A stretch of DNA of 64,000 bases from Candidatus Poribacteria bacterium (GTDB lineage: Bacteria > Poribacteria > WGA-4E > WGA-3G). Position 1 is the first letter of the stretch. Every line of letters starts with the position of its first letter. The notes beneath the pieces are model-generated. The model was not told where the DNA came from. It did no database searches and was given only the letters and a program-made list of their open reading frames with translations. The DNA is taken from contig CAXXUA010000015.1 in NCBI GenBank assembly GCA_963663765.2, positions 160,001 through 224,000 of the forward strand. Reading direction: 5' to 3'. This document shows, one piece after another, positions 9,168 to 19,150 of this stretch. The translations under genes were made by a program, and so were the position numbers.

Positions 9168-10523
9168 ATGAACACTTTATTTATAATAGATAGGAGGAAT
9201 AATAAATTGCACAATTTAAAACAGAAGATATATCCAATAATAATCTTTGTATTCTTGTGTGCCATTCAAATGAATGTCTTTGCCAATGATTGGCCGGGTT
9301 GGCGCGGGATGAATCAGGATGGTACATCTGCAGAAACTGGACTGATAGAGAATTGGTCTCTTGAGGGAGAGAATCTTCTTTGGAAGAAAGATTTCATAGG
9401 TCGTTCCACACCTGTTGTTCTTAACGACAGGGTTTATGTCATTGGCAGGATTGGCAAGGATATAACGCAACAAGAACGTATCACTTGCTTTGATGCGAAA
9501 ACTGGTAATCAGTTGTGGAATCATCAACTTAATGTATTTCATACCACTATAACCTTTAATCGGGTTGGTTGGACCAGTCCTGTTGGTGATGTAGAAACAG
9601 GCAATATATACGTTCACGGGATACAAGGTTTGTTTATCTGCTTCAGTAAAGATGGAGATATTGTATGGTCACGTTCCTTAACTGAGGAATATGGTCGGAT
9701 TTCTGGGTATGGTGGTCGTGTTCATACACCAATTATTGCTGGCAACTTGGTGGTCATCAGTTTTCTGAATACAGCTTGGGGAGATCAGACTATCCCGCGT
9801 CATCGTTATTATGCTTTTAACAAACGTAACGGAGATTTGATGTGGGTGTCAACTCCTGGTGGTAGGCCGCTTGATACGACCTATTCTACGCCAGTTGTTA
9901 CGCAAGTGAATGGTCAGATGATGATAATTGGTGGTAATGCCGATGGAAGCATATACGCGATGAAACAGACAACAGGTGAGATGGTATGGGGTTTCAAGCT
10001 TAGTAAACGTGGTATCAATACCTCTGTCATCGTTGATGGCACAAAGGTGTATGCGACACATAGCGAGGAGAATTTTGACACGACAGCAATGGGACGCGTA
10101 GTGTGTATTGATGCTACAGGAACAGGAGATGTTACGTCGACTCATGAGGTATGGCGAGCAGATGGTATCGGGGTTGGTTATGCTTCACCGACTATCAGTG
10201 ACGGACAACTTTATGTTGTAGATAATTCAGCGAATATGTATTGTTTGAATGCCGAAACGGGTGAAACGCTATGGGAGCATAGTATTGGGACAGTTGGTAA
10301 AGGTTCTCCTGTCTGGGCAGATGGCAAGTTGTATGTCACTGAGGTTAATGGTAAATTTCATATCCTTCAACCTGGCAAGGACAAATGTGAGTCACTCAGT
10401 ATGCAGGAGATTAACAGAGTAGATGATGATCACTATGTTGAAATATTCGGTTCCCCTGCGATAGCTGATGGACGTATCTATTTCACCACGGAAGAGCATC
10501 TGTATTGTATTGGGAGGAAATAA
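9168..10523 (+). CDS. Secreted PQQ-binding-like (BamB-like) beta-propeller protein
   Basis: Signal peptide then DWPGWRG; repeated SP-hh-DG-hY and TG-xx-W blades. Confidence 0.85.
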   Translation: MNTLFIIDRRNNKLHNLKQKIYPIIIFVFLCAIQMNVFANDWPGWRGMNQDGTSAETGLIENWSLEGENLLWKKDFIGRSTPVVLNDRVYVIGRIGKDITQQERITCFDAKTGNQLWNHQLNVFHTTITFNRVGWTSPVGDVETGNIYVHGIQGLFICFSKDGDIVWSRSLTEEYGRISGYGGRVHTPIIAGNLVVISFLNTAWGDQTIPRHRYYAFNKRNGDLMWVSTPGGRPLDTTYSTPVVTQVNGQMMIIGGNADGSIYAMKQTTGEMVWGFKLSKRGINTSVIVDGTKVYATHSEENFDTTAMGRVVCIDATGTGDVTSTHEVWRADGIGVGYASPTISDGQLYVVDNSANMYCLNAETGETLWEHSIGTVGKGSPVWADGKLYVTEVNGKFHILQPGKDKCESLSMQEINRVDDDHYVEIFGSPAIADGRIYFTTEEHLYCIGRK

Positions 10524-11476
10524 TGAAGAAATATTTGTTGAATACAAAGCAGAGAGTTTGTGCTTTTATGAGTATTTTTATCTCTGCAAGTTTAATAATC
10601 TGTCTACTTGTTGCTGGTTGTGCGGGTAAGATGATTACATCACCAGAAATGAGTCTCGAACCTGCTGTTTCTCTTTTGCTCACACCAAAAGAGACGATTA
10701 CATCAGGGGAAGCGATTGTTCTGAACGTTATTGGTTATGATGCGATGGGCAGACTGACGAGTAAGGTTGGAACGGTTGAGTGGTCACTCACGGGCTTATC
10801 AGGTTCGGTTATTGATGGAACTTATACCCCTGATACAAGTGTTGGTGCGCATGCGGGGACGGTCATTGTCCAATCGGGAGAGATTACGGCTTCAGCAAGA
10901 GTTCGTGTGATACCACCGTTGCCTTGGACAGAAGATTTTGAGAACATTGAACTTGAGAAAGCACCTTCACATTGGATCAGTGCGACAGGCAAATACTTTG
11001 TACGTGAAAAAGACGGCAAAAAAGTCTTGGTCAAAACACCAGTGCAGCGTGGTTTAGATAAATCTAATGTCTACATAGGTGCACCAACGATGAAAGACTA
11101 TCAGATTCAAGTTGACCTGATGGGAACAAGGGACAAACGTCGTATGCCCGATATGGGGTTAATTGCAAATCGTTATACGTTGGATTTGCAGGGTAGGCAG
11201 CAGCGGTTGCAAATCCGTTCGTGGGCATCTGACTTGCGTATGGCTAAGACGATAGATTTTTCTTGGGAAGCAGATGTTTGGTATACCATGAAAATGAAGG
11301 TAGAAACGACTGAGGATAAGGCGATAATTATGGGTAAAGTGTGGCGTAAAGGAGAAAATGAGCCACCTGAATGGACGATTACAACTGAAGATCCGCTTCC
11401 GAATCGTGAAGGTAGCCCTGGCATTTATGCTTATTCTGTAACAGAAATTTATTATGATAATTTAAAGGTATGGTGA
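10523..11476 (+). CDS. Putative lipoprotein with an Ig-like segment and a ConA/jelly-roll-like domain
   Basis: ATG overlaps the upstream TAA; lipobox-like LVAGC; WTEDFE...WYTMKMKV...YYDNLKVW pattern. Confidence 0.6.
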   Translation: MKKYLLNTKQRVCAFMSIFISASLIICLLVAGCAGKMITSPEMSLEPAVSLLLTPKETITSGEAIVLNVIGYDAMGRLTSKVGTVEWSLTGLSGSVIDGTYTPDTSVGAHAGTVIVQSGEITASARVRVIPPLPWTEDFENIELEKAPSHWISATGKYFVREKDGKKVLVKTPVQRGLDKSNVYIGAPTMKDYQIQVDLMGTRDKRRMPDMGLIANRYTLDLQGRQQRLQIRSWASDLRMAKTIDFSWEADVWYTMKMKVETTEDKAIIMGKVWRKGENEPPEWTITTEDPLPNREGSPGIYAYSVTEIYYDNLKVW

Positions 11477-12990
11477 TATATATGATTTTTGAATGTAAAG
11501 GCGGTGCGAAAAGCGTCGCTATGTTGGCAGATGGACTGTGCCGGCGAATTTGTTCATATACGGTAGTCCTTTTCATTTTGTTTATTGGTTTACTTTTCAT
11601 CACAACTGTTTCAACTGCTGAAACTGACAAAGAGATAGCACTGTGGGGTGGAACGTTAAGTCGTAACATGGTCTCTGATGAGATGAATGTTCCTGCGAAA
11701 TGGGATTTTGCAAGTGGGGAGAATATCAAATGGACAGCAGAACTCGGTTCACAAAGTTATGCTGGACCGCTTGTTGTTGGTGGGAAAGTGTTTGTCGGAA
11801 CTAACAACGAAGCATTGTATAACCCAAAATTGACTGGTGATCGTGGAAATCTAATGGCGTTTCGTGAATCTGATGGCAAGTTTCTTTGGCAGATCACACA
11901 TACAAAACTTACATCAGGACGCGTAAACGATTGGCCATTACAAGGAATCTGTTCAACACCTTATGTTGAAGGTGACCGACTCTATTATGTTTCTAATCGT
12001 TGTGAGGTAGTTTGTGTTGATACGGAAGGATTTCTTGATGGTGAGAACGATGGTCCTTTTAAGGATGAAACCGAGACGAGTGATATTGATGGTGACATAA
12101 TTTGGATTTACGATATGATGGATGAATTGGATGTTTTCCCGCACAACCTTGCAACCTGTTCACCGCTTGCAGTTGGTGATCTACTTTTCTTGGAAACGAG
12201 TAATGGTGTTGATGAAACACATATCCACATACCTGTTCCTGATGCTCCAAGTTTTATCGCATTGAACAAGAATACAGGTGAACTCGTGTGGGAAGATGCC
12301 TCACCTGGTGAGAATATATTACATGGTCAGTGGTCTAATCCAGCTTATGGAGTGATAAAAGGTGTACCGCAGGTTATCATTCCGGGGGGAGATGGTTGGG
12401 TCTATTCTTTTGATCCTGAAACTGGTATTATTATCTGGAAGTTTGACTGCAACCCGAAAGACTCAGAATGGGAACTGGGTGGACAAGGTACACGGAACAA
12501 CATTATATCTACTCCTGTTGTATTTGATGACAAAGTTTTTCTTGCTGTTGGACAGGACCCGGAACACGGTGAGGGCGTTGGACACCTATGGTGCATTGAT
12601 CCATCAAGAACGGGTGATGTTACCACGACTGCAGCCGTTTGGCATTTTGGTGAGGAACAGTTCAATCGTACGATGTCCACTGTTGCTATCCATGAAGGTC
12701 TATTATATATTGCGGATCTCAGTGGATTCCTTTACTGTTTGGATGTGAACACTGGTGATGTATATTGGTATTATGATACTTTCGCTGCTATATGGGGTTC
12801 ACCTTATGTTGTTGATGGAAAGGTTTATCTCGGTGATGAAGATGGTGATGTTGTCATTTTAAAGACAGGTAAAACGTTAGAGGTGCTGTTTGAAACGAAT
12901 ATGGGTAGTGCTGTTTATACGACACCAGTTGCGAAGGATGGTGTGCTTTATATGGTAACCCGCAATAAACTAATTGCGATAGCAGAATAG
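11470..12990 (+). CDS. PQQ-binding-like beta-propeller protein
   Basis: Hydrophobic N-terminal segment, WGGTLSRNMVS, repeated PQQ-like blades; start uncertain. Confidence 0.85.
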   Translation: MVIYMIFECKGGAKSVAMLADGLCRRICSYTVVLFILFIGLLFITTVSTAETDKEIALWGGTLSRNMVSDEMNVPAKWDFASGENIKWTAELGSQSYAGPLVVGGKVFVGTNNEALYNPKLTGDRGNLMAFRESDGKFLWQITHTKLTSGRVNDWPLQGICSTPYVEGDRLYYVSNRCEVVCVDTEGFLDGENDGPFKDETETSDIDGDIIWIYDMMDELDVFPHNLATCSPLAVGDLLFLETSNGVDETHIHIPVPDAPSFIALNKNTGELVWEDASPGENILHGQWSNPAYGVIKGVPQVIIPGGDGWVYSFDPETGIIIWKFDCNPKDSEWELGGQGTRNNIISTPVVFDDKVFLAVGQDPEHGEGVGHLWCIDPSRTGDVTTTAAVWHFGEEQFNRTMSTVAIHEGLLYIADLSGFLYCLDVNTGDVYWYYDTFAAIWGSPYVVDGKVYLGDEDGDVVILKTGKTLEVLFETNMGSAVYTTPVAKDGVLYMVTRNKLIAIAE

Positions 12991-13006
12991 AAGTTTTCCT
13001 TACCAC

Positions 13007-13137
13007 CAGAGGCATTCAATTGTCAAGATTTTCTCAATAATTTTGGAATTTTCGCGACCGGGAGGTCGCTCCTACCGAATAAATCGGGGTTACAAACCCT
13101 TCCCACAAGAGATGTAAGTGGCAATTGAATGGCTCTG
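13007..13137. mobile_element. MITE with REP cargo
   Basis: TIRs CAGAGGCATTCAATTGTCA / TGGCAATTGAATGGCTCTG; about 10-bp flanking duplication (TCCTTACCAC / ACCTAACCAC, 8/10); internal inverted GTAGGAGCGACC REP. Confidence 0.75.
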
Positions 13138-13195
13138 ACCTAACCACTGGATTATTTTGGATATTATTTCATCTTTTATGTACAATGGAACTGAC

Positions 13196-13801
13196 ATGTC
13201 ATATAGCAACTTTACCTTACCAGCAGCACGAGCAGCATTTCAGCTTGAAGAGGTTGATACCGCTGGTCTCTTTTCTTATATAGAACCAGTCACTCCCAGT
13301 GAGTTGCTTACATCCATATTAGCTCGAAAAATTCCTTTAGCGACTGCAATCGGGACTGAGAAAGCGAAGTCTGAAATGATTGTCGCTGACGTTCTTGTGG
13401 AACTACGTGAGCAATTAGACCGTAAAATTAGTCTTTTTTCAGGGATTGATTTCAACGTTGATGATGAGCTTGGATTAACAGGTGTGTGTGACTTTGTGAT
13501 TAGCCTATCACCTGTCCAATTTGACTTACAAGCTCCGATCATTGTCCTTGTTGAAGCGAAGAACGATAACCTTGAAGTAGGTCTTGGACAGTGTGTCGCG
13601 GAAATGGTTGCTGCTCAGTACTTTAATGCTGAAGAAGGAAATGACATTCAGACGGTTTATGGTGCGACTACATCAGGTACAGAATGGCGGTTCCTAAAGT
13701 TGATAGGTAAGAAACTTGACATTGACATGTTACCCTATCCGATTGACTCGTGCGACAAGGTCCTCGGCATCCTTTCAAGCATGGTAGCACAGGAAGCATG
13801 A
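13196..13801 (+). CDS. Conserved hypothetical protein, PD-(D/E)XK nuclease-like fold
   Basis: MSYSNFTL start; GVCDF...LVEAK...QCVAEM...YGATTSG motifs of restriction-endonuclease-like proteins. Confidence 0.6.
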   Translation: MSYSNFTLPAARAAFQLEEVDTAGLFSYIEPVTPSELLTSILARKIPLATAIGTEKAKSEMIVADVLVELREQLDRKISLFSGIDFNVDDELGLTGVCDFVISLSPVQFDLQAPIIVLVEAKNDNLEVGLGQCVAEMVAAQYFNAEEGNDIQTVYGATTSGTEWRFLKLIGKKLDIDMLPYPIDSCDKVLGILSSMVAQEA

Positions 13802-13861
13802 ACTGCTGAACCGTAATCTAATAATTTTATTCCAAGTTGCTACCTATAAAATATTATACAC

Positions 13862-14060
13862 AATGATGTGTGGGAAGTTTGTAATGATAATTCCCATTTA
13901 ACTCGCCGCCAAGGGTGTAATTGATATCTTGTTTATGGTCAAACTTTAAATGGACGATACTTATTTGTAGTATTAGAGAAGATCGAATGGTCAGTCTATA
14001 TACCAATTACTGCACGAAATATGACCGACAGAGAAAAAACATTTATTGAAACCTTAGTGA
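13862..14060 (+). pseudogene. Degenerate BrnT-family toxin gene
   Basis: Manual translation from 13862: NDVWEVC...GCN*YLVYGQTLNGRYLFVVL...ITARNMTDREK; in-frame TGA at 13922; no intact start. Confidence 0.65.
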
Positions 14061-14153
14061 ACGTTCTTTTAATTGAACATATTAGGGTATCGGTTACTAC
14101 AAACTAACAGGTTAGAGTTTGTAATATTGAATAAAAGGTTTATAAAGAACTTT

Positions 14154-15233
14154 ATGCAGAAAAAACTCACTCAAAATATAGAAAATGCACGGACTGCGCT
14201 TGATGTGCATGTTCGGGAAATTGTGAACTGGCATTTTAATCCAGAAACAGGGTGTCCATTCTGGTTGGAATACGCAGAGAACTTGGATTTTGATCCGCGA
14301 AAAGAGATTGGTGGTTTTGCTGATCTCAAGTGTCTTGGACACTTCCAAGATGAGTGGCTGCGGGGTGGACCTGTGCGACGGTGGGTGCCGAAGGCTTACG
14401 CTAACGAACCGACCTATGTTTTTGAAACTGGGGGCTCAACTGGCATTCCAAAGTGTCGTATCAGTATACGCGATTTTCATATTGACTACGAAATGTTCAG
14501 CAAGACGTTATCTGAAGAAACTTTCCCACGCGGTAGTGATTGGCTGATGTTGGGACCGACAGGACCGCGACGATTACGACTTGCGGTTGAACATCTTGCT
14601 CAGCATCGTGGGGGTATCTGTTTTCTTGTAGACCTTGATCCGCGTTGGGTGAATCAACTTGTGCGTTATGGTAAACATCAGGAATTGGATGCGTATAAGA
14701 GTCATGTCATTTCACAGGCACTAAACGTGTTGAAAGCACATGAAAACGTTCAGTGTCTATTTACTACGCCGAAACTGTTGGAAGCATTATGTGAGAAGAT
14801 TTCCTTGCAAAAGGTTGGGATTAAGGGTATCTTTTGTGGAGGTACTGAGATGGATGCGCAGTTTCACCGATTTGCACGAGAAGAGCTTGTTCCTGGAATA
14901 GATTTTGTTCCGACTTATGGTAATACGCTTATGGGTTTAGCCACATGCAAACCGTTTGATCCTGTAGATAACTATGCGATTATCTATTATCCGCCGCAAC
15001 CGAGGGCAGTGATTGAGCTGGTTAATCCGCAGAATCCTGATGAGCTTGTGGGTTATGGTGAAACTGGACGTGTGATGCTGACGACATTGACGAAAGAGTT
15101 TTTCATTCCGCGTTTTCTGGAACGTGATGAGGCAGAACGGGCAAAGCCGATACCTGAATACCCTTGGGATGGTGTTGAAAACCTGCGCCTGTTGTCTGAA
15201 TTGCAAGAATCTGTCGTTGTGGGTGTATATTAG
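14154..15233 (+). CDS. EhpF/GriC-like adenylating (AMP-binding, PaaK-like) enzyme
   Basis: AMP-binding loop FETGGSTGIPK, WLMLGPTGP, YGNTLMG and GRVMLTTLTKEFFIPRFLERD; lacks the small C-terminal ANL domain, as EhpF does. Confidence 0.7.
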   Translation: MQKKLTQNIENARTALDVHVREIVNWHFNPETGCPFWLEYAENLDFDPRKEIGGFADLKCLGHFQDEWLRGGPVRRWVPKAYANEPTYVFETGGSTGIPKCRISIRDFHIDYEMFSKTLSEETFPRGSDWLMLGPTGPRRLRLAVEHLAQHRGGICFLVDLDPRWVNQLVRYGKHQELDAYKSHVISQALNVLKAHENVQCLFTTPKLLEALCEKISLQKVGIKGIFCGGTEMDAQFHRFAREELVPGIDFVPTYGNTLMGLATCKPFDPVDNYAIIYYPPQPRAVIELVNPQNPDELVGYGETGRVMLTTLTKEFFIPRFLERDEAERAKPIPEYPWDGVENLRLLSELQESVVVGVY

Positions 15234-15322
15234 ATATTTCAATATTGGTAGGAGAGAAAAATGGAACATATTCTACAAGATGAGAATTGTCCAAACTATA
15301 GTAAACTTTAATATCAATACTA

Positions 15323-15582
15323 TACCATTTTCATGTGATAATGTCTCATTAGCAGCGGAAATCTGGTAGGAGCGACCTCACGGTCGCGACCGGGAGGTCG
15401 CTCCTACCGCGGGGTTTCTTTTTTGAAAAATCCAAAAATTAGGAAAACTGAATAACCCTGGCGGAAATCTGGTAGGAGCGACCTCACGGTCGCGACCGGG
15501 AGGTCGCTCCTACCGAAGAGAGTAACCTCCTGCCAGTAAACAGTAGAATTCCTTAATGAGACAAGATTTATTTGAATTGGTA
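15323..15582. mobile_element. TACCA-ended MITE-like element carrying two REP doublets
   Basis: Imperfect TIRs TACCATTTTC...GTCTCATTA / TAATGAGAC...AATTGGTA; palindromic doublets at 15365-15408 and 15471-15514; right end is the reverse complement of about 48950-49010. Confidence 0.7.
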
Positions 15583-15615
15583 TTATTTCGGGGATACCGC
15601 TTGAGGACAATAGGT

Positions 15616-16317
15616 ATGGCAATAAATATAGAAAAAGTTTTTCGTTCACCGTATTCAGTACCGAATGGATTGCAGGTAGTTGATGATAGGTTATGGATTG
15701 TAGACCAGATTTCAGATAGAGTTGCCTTAGTTGAGATTACTTGCGATCCGGATTATCACGTGCCGAAACTGATTCGAGATATTCCGAGCGACTCTTCCAA
15801 TACAAGCGGAATGGCGTTTGGTGATGGTGTGCTTTGGTTGGCTGCAAATGGTCCTGGAGATAGGTGGCGTGCTGTGCGAGATACTGATGCGAAACCGGGT
15901 GCAGGTGAGATATTCAAAATAGACCCTAATTCGGGTAAGACACTTGGACGTTACCTTGTTCCTGAAGGTGGTGGGACGCACGGTGTAGAGTATGATAATT
16001 ACGACGAAGGACATCTCTGGGTACAAACGCTAAAAAATCAGGAGATTCATAAGGTGAGGATATCCGATTGGTCAGTTCAGCATACGTTGCCTTTGCCTTA
16101 TGGTAGAGCACACGGGACTGTCCGAGTCGAAGACGGACTTTGGGTGACCCACACCTCTGAACGAGTTATTGTCAAACTTGACCTTGCTGATGGAACAATA
16201 ATTGATAAGATTGAAGTATCAGAAAGTTATCCTGAACCGCACGGCTTATCTATCTACGGCGATGATTTTCTATATTGCGATGCGTCTTCTGGGTGGATTG
16301 CAAAGATTACGAGGTAA
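15616..16317 (+). CDS. Small beta-propeller enzyme-like protein (Vgb lyase / glutaminyl cyclotransferase-like)
   Basis: PNGL, TSGMAF, THGVEY, AHGTV and PHGLS blade repeats; start moved to ATG 15616 because the upstream ORF extension lies in a MITE. Confidence 0.6.
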   Translation: MAINIEKVFRSPYSVPNGLQVVDDRLWIVDQISDRVALVEITCDPDYHVPKLIRDIPSDSSNTSGMAFGDGVLWLAANGPGDRWRAVRDTDAKPGAGEIFKIDPNSGKTLGRYLVPEGGGTHGVEYDNYDEGHLWVQTLKNQEIHKVRISDWSVQHTLPLPYGRAHGTVRVEDGLWVTHTSERVIVKLDLADGTIIDKIEVSESYPEPHGLSIYGDDFLYCDASSGWIAKITR

Positions 16318-16327
16318 CTGAAGATCA

Positions 16328-17734
16328 ATGATACACATACCAATATTACGCGCAGGACGCACTTACAGAAGTCTAAAGACAGTTAGCGTTTCACACATCA
16401 AGACAGGTGAACCCTTTGTGGAAGTGAGTCAAGCCAACACGGGTTTGATAGCGAAAGACTTACGAGATATGTCTCTCCATAGGCAAGAACTTACAGAACA
16501 TACCGTTGCAGACTTGATTGGCATGTGCAATGCTGCTGCTCAGCTCTTCACAAATGCTGATCTACCACTTGATGGAGGGACGCAATCACCGACAGATTAT
16601 ATCAAACAGGTTTCTGGTACAACGGGTTTACCTGAAACACTTTGTCAACAGAACATGGCGAAGATACATGGTATGTTAGAGAATATAGAGACAGTTTTGG
16701 ATGGGTTGACGCGTGGTCTTGATCTGCAGGTTTTGGATAAGGGATGGGGTAACGAAAACGGACGTATGTTGAGTTATGTTTGTGAGACTGACGCACTCGG
16801 TGCTGTTTTACCGAGTAATTCCCCTGGTGTCCATTCTTTGTGGATTCCTGCTGTGCCACTAAAAGTGCCGTTGGTGTTAAAACCGGGACGTGAGGAACCG
16901 TGGACACCGTATCGGATCGGACAAGCGTTTATAGAAGCTGGTGTGCCACCGGAAGCGTTTAGTTTTTACCCGACTAATTATCCTGGTGCAAACGAAATTC
17001 TGTTCCGTTGCGGTAGATCCATGTTATTTGGTGGTGGTCAAACGGTTGCCCCGTGGTTAAATGATCATCGTATAGAAATCCACGGACCGGGACGTAGTAA
17101 AATCATCATACATGATGGACAGAATGGGAATTGTGAAAAACATATTGACCTAATTGTGGAATCCGTTTCTAAGAATGGTGGTAGGTCGTGTATCAATGCT
17201 TCAGGTGTGTGGGTAACAGCGCATGGAAGTGAGATTGCTGAAAGTATTGCTGAACGTTTAGGATGTATTGAACCGAAACCGTTGGATCATCCAGAGGCGG
17301 GTATTGCTGCATGGGCAAATCCGAAAGCTGCACATAGCATATCTTCGTTGATTGACCGACACCTGAAACAACCCGGTGCAACAGAGTTGACTACTGGAGA
17401 CCGCGTTGTTGAGTTAGATGGCTGTACTTTCCTGAGACCGACAGTGATATGGTGTGAAGATCCTGAACACCCATTAGCAAATACAGAATTTCCGTTTCCA
17501 TACTTGAGTGTGGTTGAGGTGCCAGCATCAGAGTTGGTAGAATCTATTGGAGCAACATTGGTTGCATCTGTTATTACAGAAGATAAGAAATTGGCTGAAG
17601 AATTGTTATCAACGCCACTTGTTGATAGACTTAATTTGGGGGCAATTCCGACGAATCAGATTTCATGGGATAGTCCGCATGAAGGTAATCTGTTTGAACA
17701 TTTGTATCGGGAACGGGCATTTCAAATGCATTAG
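16328..17734 (+). CDS. Aldehyde dehydrogenase-superfamily protein (GriD/EhpG/LuxC-like acyl reductase candidate)
   Basis: VLPSNSP, LVLKPG, LFGG, HGPGRSK, catalytic Cys in NGGRSCINAS, and EFPFP. Confidence 0.8.
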   Translation: MIHIPILRAGRTYRSLKTVSVSHIKTGEPFVEVSQANTGLIAKDLRDMSLHRQELTEHTVADLIGMCNAAAQLFTNADLPLDGGTQSPTDYIKQVSGTTGLPETLCQQNMAKIHGMLENIETVLDGLTRGLDLQVLDKGWGNENGRMLSYVCETDALGAVLPSNSPGVHSLWIPAVPLKVPLVLKPGREEPWTPYRIGQAFIEAGVPPEAFSFYPTNYPGANEILFRCGRSMLFGGGQTVAPWLNDHRIEIHGPGRSKIIIHDGQNGNCEKHIDLIVESVSKNGGRSCINASGVWVTAHGSEIAESIAERLGCIEPKPLDHPEAGIAAWANPKAAHSISSLIDRHLKQPGATELTTGDRVVELDGCTFLRPTVIWCEDPEHPLANTEFPFPYLSVVEVPASELVESIGATLVASVITEDKKLAEELLSTPLVDRLNLGAIPTNQISWDSPHEGNLFEHLYRERAFQMH

Positions 17735-17799
17735 TGTAGAAGAAAAAACTCTTACATAATTCATCAATGTTTTTATTGTTGAATTTATAAAATCGTAAA

Positions 17800-18048
17800 T
17801 TGGTAGTTATTAATTTGAAAACGACGAATTATTTTAGATATATGATCCAAAGACCAGACCGAGAAAGAATCAAATTAGAATGGATCATAGATACTATCAG
17901 AACTCCATTGTATACAGAATATCAAGCTGATGGTAGAATAAGAAAATGGAAGTATATTTCCGAAGAAGAAAAGTTTCTCAGGGTAATTTTGCTTGAGGAT
18001 GGAGAAACAGTTCATAACGCTTTTTTTGATAGAAATTTTAAAGGATAA
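17800..18048 (+). CDS. Putative type II toxin (DUF4258/RelE-like)
   Basis: Small basic protein with GRIRKW...LRVILLEDGETVHNAFFDR, directly upstream of a DUF2283 gene. Confidence 0.6.
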   Translation: MVVINLKTTNYFRYMIQRPDRERIKLEWIIDTIRTPLYTEYQADGRIRKWKYISEEEKFLRVILLEDGETVHNAFFDRNFKG

Positions 18049-18053
18049 TCAAA

Positions 18054-18296
18054 ATGAAAGTCAAATATTTTCATGACACTGGGACAGTCCTGATTGAATT
18101 TTCAACCCAACCAATCATTGAAACGATAGAGATCAATGAAAATATGTATTTAGATTTGGGGTCTGAAGGAAATCCTGTAGCGATTACAATTGAACATGCC
18201 AACATTCATGCGGACCTACCTGAAATGTTTTATGAGCAGATAGAAGCAACAGAATCGCAACTAATTCTACATGAAAAAACGGAGTCATCGCTATAA
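18054..18296 (+). CDS. DUF2283 family putative antitoxin
   Basis: MKVKYFHDT..VLIEF...YLDL..EGNPVAITIEHA pattern; acidic. Confidence 0.75.
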   Translation: MKVKYFHDTGTVLIEFSTQPIIETIEINENMYLDLGSEGNPVAITIEHANIHADLPEMFYEQIEATESQLILHEKTESSL

Positions 18297-18320
18297 TATA
18301 ACAAAGAGAGGGTAAATCAG

Positions 18321-19133
18321 ATGAAATCAAAAAGAATGTTGTTTATTTTATTTTTCATCTTGGTATTGCAGACGAATTACCTTTCTGGTCAAGTGGTTGA
18401 GAATGGATTAGTCAGTTATTGGAGTTTTGACAATGCAGATGTACAAGGTAGCACAGTTAGAGACCTTGTCGGTCGAAATGATGGAACACTTGTAGGGGAT
18501 CCGCAGCAAATCAGTGGTAAATTTGGGGATGCGTTTCAATTTGACGGAGCACCCGATGCGATTGATGTAGGCAGTTCAGATGATGGTAGTCTGGATTTTG
18601 GAGAGGATAAAGATTTCTCAATGATGGGATGGATAAAAGTTGACAATCCACCAGAAACAGATGGGGGAGAATCAACCATTATCAGTAAGGGTGATGGGGG
18701 TAACAACGCCAGATTTCTTTGGAAAATCGCAGGTACTCAAGTATTCGTGACAATTGCGAACGAAGCGGGAGCTGGACCGAAAGTCAATTTTACATCAGCA
18801 ATGGATGTGGTTGATGGGAATTGGCATCATGTTGTCGTAGTTGCGGACAGGTCAGAATGGACCCGCATCTATATTGATGGTAAGTTTGATGCGGAAGCAG
18901 GAGCAACTGAAGGTACAAATGTTACCACAGAATCCCGTATGTATATCGGTGCGTCTGTGCGTATTGGGGAAACAACAAGACGATATTTTGAAGGTTTAAT
19001 TGATGAAGTGGGGATCTATAACCGTGTGCTGACAGAGAATGATATATCACATAATTTCAATTCACAGGGACTTGCTGTCAGTCCTCAAGAGAAACTTACA
19101 ATTACATGGGGAGAAATAAAGGCTACAAGATAA
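18321..19133 (+). CDS. Secreted LamG-like jelly-roll (Laminin_G_3) protein
   Basis: Signal peptide, GLVSYWSFD, WHHVVVV, FEGLIDEVGIYNRVL, and AVSPQEKLTITWGEIK tail. Confidence 0.9.
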   Translation: MKSKRMLFILFFILVLQTNYLSGQVVENGLVSYWSFDNADVQGSTVRDLVGRNDGTLVGDPQQISGKFGDAFQFDGAPDAIDVGSSDDGSLDFGEDKDFSMMGWIKVDNPPETDGGESTIISKGDGGNNARFLWKIAGTQVFVTIANEAGAGPKVNFTSAMDVVDGNWHHVVVVADRSEWTRIYIDGKFDAEAGATEGTNVTTESRMYIGASVRIGETTRRYFEGLIDEVGIYNRVLTENDISHNFNSQGLAVSPQEKLTITWGEIKATR

Positions 19134-19150
19134 TAGTCACATCACCCACA

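Noticed and set aside
14154-17734. Bioluminescence (lux) or phenazine biosynthetic cluster
   Set aside because: No luxAB/luxD or phz core genes in the window; only the activating/reducing pair is present.
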